Source: an uncultured Chloroflexia bacterium | GTDB taxonomy: Bacteria; Chloroflexota; Limnocylindria; Limnocylindrales; CSP1-4 | Length of the DNA stretch: 64,000 nt | Reading direction: 5' to 3' | Assembly (NCBI GenBank): GCA_963725875.1 | Contig: CAVRZZ010000006.1 | Location: forward strand, 313,847 to 377,846 | In this document: positions 17,215-25,073 of the stretch, piece after piece | Position numbering within the stretch: position 1 is the stretch's first letter | Layout: each line of letters starts with the position of its first letter | Notes under the pieces: generated by a model | What the model was told of the DNA's origin: nothing | Database searches by the model: none | What the model saw: only the letters and a program-made list of their open reading frames with translations | Program-made: the position numbers and the translations under genes

Positions 17215-17774
17215 TCCGCGAGCGGACGGTTCTCGTCCTCGGCCACGGCGCCTCGGGCAACGCGGGGACGATGGCCCCGCACGTGGCCGGCCTGCGTGCT
17301 CGGGGGATCGACGCCCGGGCGGTCGACCTCCCGCGGGGCCGCGCCGAGCGGGCGATCCCGGTCTTCGCCGGCGTCCTCGCCGCGCAGCCCGGCATCGCCG
17401 TCGGCGGGCATTCGTTCGGCGGGCGCGTCGCAAGCCTGGCCGCGGCGGACGCCTGCGACGCAGGGTTGTCGCCGCTGGCGCTCATCCTGCTCTCCTACCC
17501 GCTCCATGCGCCCGGCCGGCCCGACGACTGGGGCGCCCGGACGGTCCACTGGCCGAGGATCACCTGCCCGGTGATCCTGCTCTCGGGCACGTCGGATCCG
17601 TTCGCGACGCCCTCCCTGCTGGAACGAGCGGTGGCGGAGCGGCTGCCGGTGGCCGAGCTGGTCACGTACCCGCGCCTGGGGCATGGGCTGACGGCGGTCC
17701 TCGACGACGTGCTGGACCGGGTGGCTGCCTTCGTGACGGGCACCGGCCAGTCGCGGCCGACGGGCCCCTTGTGA
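17211..17774 (+). CDS. Small alpha/beta hydrolase (KANL3/Tex30-like)
   Basis: LGHGASG, GGHSFGGRVAS, LSYPLH.PG, SGTSDPFA, GHGL. Confidence 0.85.
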   Translation: MIRERTVLVLGHGASGNAGTMAPHVAGLRARGIDARAVDLPRGRAERAIPVFAGVLAAQPGIAVGGHSFGGRVASLAAADACDAGLSPLALILLSYPLHAPGRPDDWGARTVHWPRITCPVILLSGTSDPFATPSLLERAVAERLPVAELVTYPRLGHGLTAVLDDVLDRVAAFVTGTGQSRPTGPL

Positions 17775-17882
17775 CCCGGTCTCGCGCACCGACCGGCGGA
17801 AGGTCGTTCGGGCGGCCGATCGCCGTTCACCGCACGAGAGGCGCCGCGTGGCAGTCCCCGCTCGGATGCGGCCGGCGGCGGG

Positions 17883-18137
17883 CTATGCGGGACCCGCCTC
17901 CCGGAGCGCGTAGGTGACCGTGAGCGTTCCAGCGGGGTGCACGATCAGCATGAGGAGCAGGGCGACCAGCCGCGCGCCACTGCCCCACCGGCTCGGCGAC
18001 CAGCTCTGGCTCACCGGGTCGTAGCCCTGCCTCGCGAGATCCTCCGAGTCGCGCTGGAAAGCAGCGATCGCGTCGGGCTGCTGGGCACCTCGATAGACCC
18101 GGACCAGCGTGGCGGGGGAGCCCGAAGCGGTGCTCAT
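17883..18137 (-). CDS. Hypothetical protein
   Basis: GAGGGG SD before ATG 18137; 84 aa with one hydrophobic stretch. Confidence 0.55.
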   Translation of the reverse strand: MSTASGSPATLVRVYRGAQQPDAIAAFQRDSEDLARQGYDPVSQSWSPSRWGSGARLVALLLMLIVHPAGTLTVTYALREAGPA

Positions 18138-18189
18138 GCGAGTCCCCCTCTCCCTCCCCGAGGATTTCGGTCCGTCGCCGGGCGTCCCA

Positions 18190-18423
18190 TCAGCCGCAGC
18201 CGTTCTCGTCGGAGTCATCCCGCCTCCCGCCGCGTCGCGGCTCGTCCTCCATGGGAGGCAGGCGGACAACAAGGACACCACCGTCCTCGGCGGGCGCGGG
18301 CTGATCGGGACGGGCGTGTTCGACCATCTCGCGTGCCGGGGGGCTCGTCCTGAAGACCGCCTGGTCCCAGCCCGCCAGGATCGACCCGACCGTCTCGCCC
18401 GCGGTGAGCTTCCGCTTCGCCAT
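18190..18423 (-). CDS. Hypothetical protein
   Basis: GAGGA SD before ATG 18423; MAKRKLTAGETVGSILAGWDQAVFRTSPPA. Confidence 0.55.
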   Translation of the reverse strand: MAKRKLTAGETVGSILAGWDQAVFRTSPPAREMVEHARPDQPAPAEDGGVLVVRLPPMEDEPRRGGRRDDSDENGCG

Positions 18424-18549
18424 CGTCCTCGCCTCCGGTGGCCGCCCAAGCACTCCTCACCCGGTACGACGGCCACGTGCCCGCGTTCGTTGCACGGGAG
18501 TGCCAAGCGCCGCCGGGCCGCCGGGCCCATCCTGAGCACGGATCGGTCG

Positions 18550-18621
18550 TGAGCCCGCTGGGATTCGAACCCAGGACGCAGGGATTAAAAGTCCCTCGCT
18601 CTGCCACTGAGCTACGGGCCC
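18550..18621 (-). tRNA. tRNA-Lys(TTT)
   Basis: GGGCCCGTAGCTCAGTGGCAGAGC-GAGGGA-CTTTTAA-TCCCT...GGTTCGAATCC-CAGCGGGCTCA; CCA not encoded. Confidence 0.95.
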
Positions 18622-18757
18622 ACGTGGGGGCAACGATACCCGGCCATGCCCAGCCGGGCGCGGCCGCCCACGGTCGACGTGGGCGCGGGTGTCCAGGGTC
18701 GGCGCGGCCGCTGACCCCTGCCAGGGGTTTCCGGCGGTCCACCGGTAGAATTGGGTC

Positions 18758-19201
18758 GTGACGACCTTCTACACCCTCGATCGAGCCAACACGAGGCTTC
18801 CCGAGGTCCGTGGCATCCTCGAGGACCTTCGATCGCGCCGGCTCGAGCTGGTCGGCCTGCGCGATCGCCTCCACGCCGCGACCGGGGCCGAGGTGCCGGG
18901 TGGGCCGGGCTCCCTCGTCGACGACGCGCTCGCCGACGCGGGCGCCGGGACGGCGGAGTCGCCGCGCGTCCTCGCGGCGCGCATCCAGGCGGTCATCGAC
19001 CAGATGCAGGCGGCCGTCGAGCGGCTCGACGGCTGGGACATCACCCTCCGGGACATCGAGACCGGCCTCATCGACTTCCCGGCCCTCGTCGGCGGGCGCC
19101 AGGTCTGGCTCTGCTGGCGGCTCGGCGAGGACGACGTGGCGTGGTGGCACGAGCTCTCGACGGGGCTCGCCGGCAGGCGGCCCCTCGCCGATCTCGCGTG
19201 A
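18758..19201 (+). CDS. DUF2203-family protein
   Basis: FYTLDRAN..LP, LRDIETGLIDFP, VWLCWRLGE, WWHE..G.AGRRP. Confidence 0.85.
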   Translation: MTTFYTLDRANTRLPEVRGILEDLRSRRLELVGLRDRLHAATGAEVPGGPGSLVDDALADAGAGTAESPRVLAARIQAVIDQMQAAVERLDGWDITLRDIETGLIDFPALVGGRQVWLCWRLGEDDVAWWHELSTGLAGRRPLADLA

Positions 19202-19752
19202 GCGGCCGGGCTCAGCCTCCACCGGCTGGCTCCACCGGTGGTCCCACGACGAGGGCCGCTCGGATCGTCGATCCGCGCGGTCGGGCCAAGGCGTACCGCC
19301 CGCTCCCGGCCGCGGCGCGCGAGGCGGCGGTCGCGGCCGGCCTCGCCGCCTACGGTCGCGGCGACTTCTACCTCGCCCACGAGGACATGGAGCCGGCCTG
19401 GATGGCGGCCGGCGACCCTGGGGAGCGCGAGCGCCTTGCCGGTCTCATCAAGCTCGCCGCCGCGTACGTCCACGCCGCGCGCGGGAACCCGGCAGGCGTG
19501 ACCACCAACCTGCGCGGCGCCCGCGAGCGACTTGCCCGCGCCGAGGGCGCCGGCGCGGACGGCGGACTGGACCTGCCGACGCTGCTCGCGGCGATCGACG
19601 AACAGTTGGCCCGGGTCGCGGCGATGCCGATCACGGCCACGGCCGACGCCGTCCCCGACCCACCCCACGACGTGGCGGGCCCACCCGGCCGGGCGCATCG
19701 TCTCCCGCTCGACCTCGACGCACCACCGATCCCGTGGAGGACCCACGCCTGA
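19198..19752 (+). CDS. DUF309-family protein
   Basis: GDFYLAHEDMEPAW, GLIKLAAAYVH..RGN; GTGA overlap at start. Confidence 0.8.
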   Translation: MSGRAQPPPAGSTGGPTTRAARIVDPRGRAKAYRPLPAAAREAAVAAGLAAYGRGDFYLAHEDMEPAWMAAGDPGERERLAGLIKLAAAYVHAARGNPAGVTTNLRGARERLARAEGAGADGGLDLPTLLAAIDEQLARVAAMPITATADAVPDPPHDVAGPPGRAHRLPLDLDAPPIPWRTHA

Positions 19753-20120
19753 TGCATCCCGGCCGGCCGCAGATCCCGATGATCCAGGTCCAGGAGGCGT
19801 CGGCCGCCCTGGACGGCACACCCGGCTCACCCCTGCTGGTCGACGTCCGCGAGCGCGACGAGTTCCTCCGCGTGCGGGCCCCGGGTGCCGTGCTCTACCC
19901 GACGTCGTCGTTCCTGCTCCGGTTCGAGGAGCTGCCCCGTGATCGACCGCTGCAGGTGATCTGCCACAGCGGCAGCCGGTCGGCCGCGGTCACGGCGTGG
20001 CTGCTCCGCAACGGGTGGACCGAGGTGACCAACGTGGCCGGCGGGATGGACGCCTGGGAACGAGCCGGGCTCGACGTCCGCCGGGGCCCCCTCGCGCCCG
20101 GGGAGGGTGTGCTCGCCTGA
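19752..20120 (+). CDS. Rhodanese-like domain protein
   Basis: LVDVRERDEF, active-site CHSGSRS, NVAGGMDAW. Confidence 0.9.
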   Translation: MHPGRPQIPMIQVQEASAALDGTPGSPLLVDVRERDEFLRVRAPGAVLYPTSSFLLRFEELPRDRPLQVICHSGSRSAAVTAWLLRNGWTEVTNVAGGMDAWERAGLDVRRGPLAPGEGVLA

Positions 20121-20393
20121 CGCCGGCGGGCCGGGGCCTCCCATCCTGGGCTGACTCGACGGCTGATCCAATGCGCACGAAACGGGTCGCGTCCCGACGG
20201 GATGGCCGCGGATGCAGCCCGGTTCCATGCTCGTCGGCCCGCGCGGCGAGCCGCCACAGACTCAGGACCCAGCTTCGGTGTCGGCAACCGACCAGGGTGT
20301 CCGGCGACGCCCGCTGCGGACCCGGTCAGGCGGTCGCGAGTGGCGGCGGCATCCGCGATCAGTCGGGCGGCGTGCCGCCGGCTGCGGACCCGG

Positions 20394-21890
20394 TCAATCG
20401 GCGCCGGCAGACCCGGGCTGGCCGCCGCGGCGCCGCCGGTCGCGGATCCGGTTGAAGAGCAGCCCGGTCTGCTTCGGATGGTTGTAGGCGTAGCCGATGA
20501 GCAGCAGGATCACGAAGTTGACCGTCGCCACTCCGGCGGCCACCAGGTACGACAGCTGCTGGCCGACTTCGCCCTGGATCCCGAGCGCCGGAAGCACCAT
20601 GTAGAAGAGCCCGAGACGGAAGAACGGCTGCGGAGGTGCGAGGTTCGCGCGGGTGATCCCCTGCGTTGGCGCCCCCGCCGCGGTCCCGCCGAAGAGGAAC
20701 GCGTTGGAGCCGTTCACGAGGGGGGCCGCGTCCTGGAGACGCAGGTCTGCCGGGAGATTGCTCTGCGTGAGCGTGTTCCAGCCGGTGAGGTTGCCGTCGG
20801 CGTCGGGGGCCGTCCAGTAGAGCGTGCCGTCGCCGTCGCCACCGGCGTAATACAGCGTGCCGTTGGAGACGAAGCCCATGGCGCCCTGCGCGGCCGCCGG
20901 CAGGTTCGTCTGCGCGGCCGCCCCCGCGGTCGGGGTCGACCAGCCGGTGATCTGGCCCAGGTTGTCGGTCGCCGTGCCGATCTCGCCGCGGACGACGGCG
21001 GTCGTCGGGCCGGTTGCATCCTCTCCGCCGTAGACGAACAGGTGGGTCCCCAGGAGGACGGCCGTGGCACCGGTGCGCGGTGCAGGCAGCGATGCCGTCG
21101 GCTCCCATGCCTTGAGCTTGCCGGTCGTCGAGACGAGCGGGGCCCTCCAGGCACTGTCGACGGGGCCTGCCGCGTCACGCCCGCCGACGAGGTAGACGCC
21201 GTCGCCGCTGATGACGGCCGCCGCCTCCGCCCGGGGCGCGGGCAGCTTCAGCCCCGGCGATTCGGTCCAGGCGGTGATCGTGCCGGTGGCCACGTCGGGC
21301 GTCCCGACGAAGACCGTGTCGGTCGGCGCACCCGCCGCGTCGAGGCCGCCGATGACGTAGGCCGAGCCCGCGAAGAAGACGGCGGCCGCGCCGGCGCGGG
21401 GCGCCGGGAGCGGCGGGCCCGGGGTCCAGCCGTCGATGTTGCCGTCCGCGCGGACCACGGTGGCGAACACGCTGTCGCGAGCGGCCGTCCCGTCGGATCC
21501 ACCGACGAGGAGCGTCTGGAGGCCGGCCGCGACGACCGCCGCGTCGGTCCGCGCCTCGGGGAGGCCGAGCTCGGGCGGGTTCGGCTGCCAGGGCAGCACC
21601 GCGCCGACCGGTGCCGGACACGGGAGGTTCGCGTTCGAGGGCGGGCAGAAGTTGACCGGCGTGACGTCGAGACTCTTGTTGAACGTCGACAGTGGGACGC
21701 CAAGCTCGATGGTGGGCTGGACGGTGGCGTACAGGGCCCGGTCGGGGAGGTACGCCATCATCATCACGATGACGACGAACCAGAACGCGGCCTTGAGCGT
21801 GGCCCAGGCCCAGCCGCCGGCGTCGAGCAGCCCGAAGAAGGCCCGCCGTCGGACGATCGTGGTGCCGGGACCGAGCGCCTGGGCCGCCAT
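20394..21890 (-). CDS. Membrane-anchored Kelch-repeat beta-propeller protein
   Basis: Repeated W...LPAPR..A.AV....YV.GG units; TM helices at both ends. Confidence 0.8.
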   Translation of the reverse strand: MAAQALGPGTTIVRRRAFFGLLDAGGWAWATLKAAFWFVVIVMMMAYLPDRALYATVQPTIELGVPLSTFNKSLDVTPVNFCPPSNANLPCPAPVGAVLPWQPNPPELGLPEARTDAAVVAAGLQTLLVGGSDGTAARDSVFATVVRADGNIDGWTPGPPLPAPRAGAAAVFFAGSAYVIGGLDAAGAPTDTVFVGTPDVATGTITAWTESPGLKLPAPRAEAAAVISGDGVYLVGGRDAAGPVDSAWRAPLVSTTGKLKAWEPTASLPAPRTGATAVLLGTHLFVYGGEDATGPTTAVVRGEIGTATDNLGQITGWSTPTAGAAAQTNLPAAAQGAMGFVSNGTLYYAGGDGDGTLYWTAPDADGNLTGWNTLTQSNLPADLRLQDAAPLVNGSNAFLFGGTAAGAPTQGITRANLAPPQPFFRLGLFYMVLPALGIQGEVGQQLSYLVAAGVATVNFVILLLIGYAYNHPKQTGLLFNRIRDRRRRGGQPGSAGAD

Positions 21891-21899
21891 CGTGTCTCC

Positions 21900-22949
21900 C
21901 TACTTCGCCGTCAGGGTTCCGGTCATGTTCGGGTGGACCGTGCAGACGAAGCCGTAGGTCCCCGCCGGCAGGGCCGGGACCTCGTAGGTCCGAGTCTCCA
22001 CGCCGCTGAAGATCTCGCCGGTCCAGACCGCGGGGCCCGTCGGGGTCCCCTCGTGGATCGCGACGTTGTGGGGGATCCCGGCGTCGTTGTTGGTGAACTC
22101 GATCTTGAAGGGCGTGTTCGCCGGGACCTCGAGGGTGTCGGTGTCGAAGGCGATCCCCTGGGCGCTGAGCTTGATGGTGACCGACTCACCCGGCGCCTGG
22201 CTCGGGGCAGCAGACGCCTGGCCCGAGGGGGCCGGCGTCGGGCTGGCACCGCCGCCGGCCGCGAAGGCGTCCTTCCAGCAGGCCGGGACGGGCGTGGCGC
22301 CGGCCGGCAGCACGTAGTTCGGGTCGCGCCAGCCGGTTGCCTCGGTCTCGGTGCCCGCCGTCGTGTTGACCGCCGTGTAGGAGAGCGTGTTGGGAGCCCG
22401 GAGGAACGAGATCAGCTCCTCCACCTCGCGGTAGTTGAGCGGGCCCTTCGGCTCCAGCCAGGCCAGCATGAGGGAGTTCGGGTCGCCGCAGACGTAGCGG
22501 CCGCCGACCGTGAGCACCGTGGCCAGGTACTGCGGCGTCAGGTGGGTCAGCAGCTTGGCCTGGTCGTTGAGGGCCGGCCCGATCAGGCCCTGGCCCTGCT
22601 CGCCGTGGCAGCGGGCGCAGTTGGCCTGGAAGAGCTTGTAGCCGCGCTGGACGTCCGTGACCTGCTGCGCGGCCGTCTCCTTCTCCATCCTGCTGGAGTC
22701 GGGAACGCCGGGGATCCCGAGCTCGTAGAAGTAGTAGCCGATCACGAAGACCGTTACGAGCGTGACGGCGAGGAAGGCCACCCAGCGGGAGCTCCCGCTC
22801 TGGCGGACGATCTTCGCGGCGCGCTCGGACGTCAGCCCGAACGAATGCGCCTGGACCGGCGCGCTGAAGCGCTCCGCGGGCTCGATCTCGGCCGGCTCGC
22901 GGGGAACCGGCAGGCGCTCCTCGGGGCCCTGGCCCGGCTGGTCGGTCAT
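21900..22949 (-). CDS. Membrane-anchored cytochrome c fused to a C-terminal cupredoxin domain
   Basis: TM helix, CARCH heme motif, Met in SLMLAW; type-1 Cu ligands PHNV and CTVHPNMTG. Confidence 0.88.
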   Translation of the reverse strand: MTDQPGQGPEERLPVPREPAEIEPAERFSAPVQAHSFGLTSERAAKIVRQSGSSRWVAFLAVTLVTVFVIGYYFYELGIPGVPDSSRMEKETAAQQVTDVQRGYKLFQANCARCHGEQGQGLIGPALNDQAKLLTHLTPQYLATVLTVGGRYVCGDPNSLMLAWLEPKGPLNYREVEELISFLRAPNTLSYTAVNTTAGTETEATGWRDPNYVLPAGATPVPACWKDAFAAGGGASPTPAPSGQASAAPSQAPGESVTIKLSAQGIAFDTDTLEVPANTPFKIEFTNNDAGIPHNVAIHEGTPTGPAVWTGEIFSGVETRTYEVPALPAGTYGFVCTVHPNMTGTLTAK

Positions 22950-23023
22950 CGGGGTCCTCGCTGCGTGGCGGGGGCGGAGGCCGGGGCGGGGGCGGAGGCC
23001 GGGGCGGGGGCGACGGCCGGCAT
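22946..23023 (-). CDS. Candidate 25-aa coupling mini-ORF containing 18-bp tandem repeats
   Basis: TGATG overlap with Rieske stop and ATGA overlap with cytochrome c start; MPAVAPAPASAPAPASAPATQRGPR. Confidence 0.35.
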   Translation of the reverse strand: MPAVAPAPASAPAPASAPATQRGPR

Positions 23024-23691
23024 CAGATGCACCCCGTGGGGCTCTTCGACGGCTCGAGGCCGGGCTGGCCGAGCGCGACGGGAAGTGGGCCGAGGGTGAT
23101 CTTGCCGGTGTCGAGCACGAGGGTCCCGTCGGGCTCCACGATCGCGGAGAAGCGATCCATCCCTCGCGGCGCGGGGCCGAGCTCCTTGACCTTCGTCCCC
23201 AGCCGGTCGTAGCGCGAGCCGTGGCAGGCGCACTCCAGCCAGAACGACTTGACGCACGGGTTCGGCTTGCAGCCGAGGTGCGGGCAGCGCTGGTAGAGCG
23301 CCCGCACGTTGAGGGCCGTGCCGTCGCCGGAGGGGTCCTCGCCGGGGATGAACTCCTGGCGGGACGGGTCCACCAGCATGACGAAGGCGCGGGCCTCCTG
23401 GTAGTAGGCCGGGAAGCCCTCCGCGATCGGCAGGGAGGCGTTGGTGTTCCTGATGTCGCTGTACTTGCCGATCGTGACCTGGCCGCCGAAGCCGCCGGAC
23501 AGGTTCGGCCACAGGAAGCTGAGCGTGCCGGCGCCGACCTCCAGCAGCCAGAGCCCGATCCCGGCGCCCAGCGAGGTCCGCAGGAGCTGGCGCCGCGAGA
23601 GGCCCTTCGGGGCCTCGTTGCGCATCGACTTCAGGGCCTCGGACGTGAGGGCCTGGGGCTTGCTGGCCGGTTCGACGTGGTAGTTGCTCAT
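23023..23691 (-). CDS. qcrA: Rieske 2Fe-2S protein (Tat-exported)
   Basis: SRRQLL Tat motif plus TM; CPHLGC and CACHGSRY boxes; GPAPRGMDRF. Confidence 0.93.
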   Translation of the reverse strand: MSNYHVEPASKPQALTSEALKSMRNEAPKGLSRRQLLRTSLGAGIGLWLLEVGAGTLSFLWPNLSGGFGGQVTIGKYSDIRNTNASLPIAEGFPAYYQEARAFVMLVDPSRQEFIPGEDPSGDGTALNVRALYQRCPHLGCKPNPCVKSFWLECACHGSRYDRLGTKVKELGPAPRGMDRFSAIVEPDGTLVLDTGKITLGPLPVALGQPGLEPSKSPTGCI

Positions 23692-23722
23692 GGGTACTGG
23701 TCCCGCCCGCTCGCTGCGCCGG

Positions 23723-24319
23723 TCACAGGGTGAAGAAGAAACCGTCCACCCAGGGCAGGGTGAACGAGTAGCCGGGGCCCCGGAAGAAGATGCCGATGAA
23801 CGTCACCACCAGGCCGAGGCCGCAGAAGATCGTGAACAGGACGACCGTGGTCTTGCGGTCCGACGGCCGGACGGCCGCGAGGTTGCCGCGATCGATGAAG
23901 GGGACCAGGGCCGCCCCGACGAGGACGAAGATCGGGACGAGGGCGCCGGCGACGGTGGGATGGAAGTAGGCCAGCAGCTCCTGCAGGCCCAGGAAGTACC
24001 AGGGCGCCTTGGCGACCTCGGGCGTGACGTTCGGGTTGGCCAGCTCCTCGAGGGGCGCGTTGACGATCAGCCCCATGAACAGGATGAACACGCTCATCGC
24101 CGCCGCCGCGAGGAACTCGATCGCCAGCAGGTGCGGCCAGGTCATGACCGTGTCGTCGGGCTCCTTCTGGACCCGGACGACGGCGTCCTGCTTGACGAGC
24201 GCGAGGAGCCGGTACGGCCGCGCCGACATCGGCACGCGCTGCTTGTCGATCTCGGTCCGCCGGGTCGGGTCGACGGGCAGGACGACGCGGCGCTCGGGCG
24301 GGCTCTTCGTGTCGGTCAT
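23723..24319 (-). CDS. Cytochrome b6 subunit IV-like (C-terminal half of split cytochrome b)
   Basis: WPHLL, PLEELANPNVTP, KAPWYFLGLQELL (PEWY-equivalent), 3 TM. Confidence 0.88.
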   Translation of the reverse strand: MTDTKSPPERRVVLPVDPTRRTEIDKQRVPMSARPYRLLALVKQDAVVRVQKEPDDTVMTWPHLLAIEFLAAAAMSVFILFMGLIVNAPLEELANPNVTPEVAKAPWYFLGLQELLAYFHPTVAGALVPIFVLVGAALVPFIDRGNLAAVRPSDRKTTVVLFTIFCGLGLVVTFIGIFFRGPGYSFTLPWVDGFFFTL

Positions 24320-24344
24320 GCTCGGCGTCCCTCCTCCCCGCGGC

Positions 24345-25073
24345 TCACAGCGGCCCGCTGATGCCGCCGTCCTTCCGGATGCGCCAGAAGTGCACGGCCA
24401 GGAAGATCGCCGCGACGAGCGGGAAGACCATGATGTGGAGCACGTAGAAGCGCAGGAGCGTGTTGCCGCTCACCTCGAGGCCGGCCAGCAGGAGCAGCTT
24501 GCTCGGCGTGTTGAAGAGTGGGGCGTAGCCGGCCATGTTGGAGCCGATCGTGATGGCCCAGTAGGCGATCTGGTCCCACGGCAGCAGGTAGCCGGTGAAG
24601 CTCAGCATCAGGGTGAGGAAGAGCAGGACCACGCCGACGACCCAGTTGAACTCGCGCGGCGGCTTGTAGGCGCCGTGGTAGAAGACCCGCATCATGTGGA
24701 GGAAGACGAAGAAGACCATCAGGTGGGCGGCCCACCGGTGGATGTTCCGCGTCAGGAGGCCGAAGGGCACCTCCGACTGGATCTTCAGGATGTCCGAGTA
24801 CGCCGAGGTGGCGGTCGGCGCATAGAAGAACATGAGATAGACGCCCGTCACGGTCAACACGAGGAACAGGAAGAACGAGAGCCCGCCCAGGCAGAACGTG
24901 TAGGCGAACTTGACTGCGTGCTGCCGCACCCGCACCGGGTGCAGGTGCAGGAAGACGTTGTTCATCACCGCGTACGCCCGCGACCGCTCGTCGTTGGGGT
25001 ACGGGTTGCGGAAGATCGACCGGAAGACGGGGCTCCGCCGGATCGTCTGGTCCACCCGCTCCAGGAAGCTCAC
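24345..25073 (-). CDS. qcrB: Cytochrome b6-like N-terminal subunit
   Basis: FCLGG (heme ci Cys), RNIHRWAAHLM..HMMRVF, GYLLPWDQ.AYWA, LRFYVLH...HFWRIRKDGGISGPL. Confidence 0.93.
   Translation of the reverse strand: MSFLERVDQTIRRSPVFRSIFRNPYPNDERSRAYAVMNNVFLHLHPVRVRQHAVKFAYTFCLGGLSFFLFLVLTVTGVYLMFFYAPTATSAYSDILKIQSEVPFGLLTRNIHRWAAHLMVFFVFLHMMRVFYHGAYKPPREFNWVVGVVLLFLTLMLSFTGYLLPWDQIAYWAITIGSNMAGYAPLFNTPSKLLLLAGLEVSGNTLLRFYVLHIMVFPLVAAIFLAVHFWRIRKDGGISGPL

Noticed and set aside
13018-18550. Genomic island integrated at the 3' end of tRNA-Lys
   Set aside because: Accessory-looking genes lie downstream, but I found no duplicated tRNA 3' end and no integrase there.
20313-20396. 16-bp direct repeat GCTGCGGACCCGGTCA at 20313 and 20381
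   Set aside because: Only two copies, in a convergent intergenic region, with no element between them; probably a local duplication.
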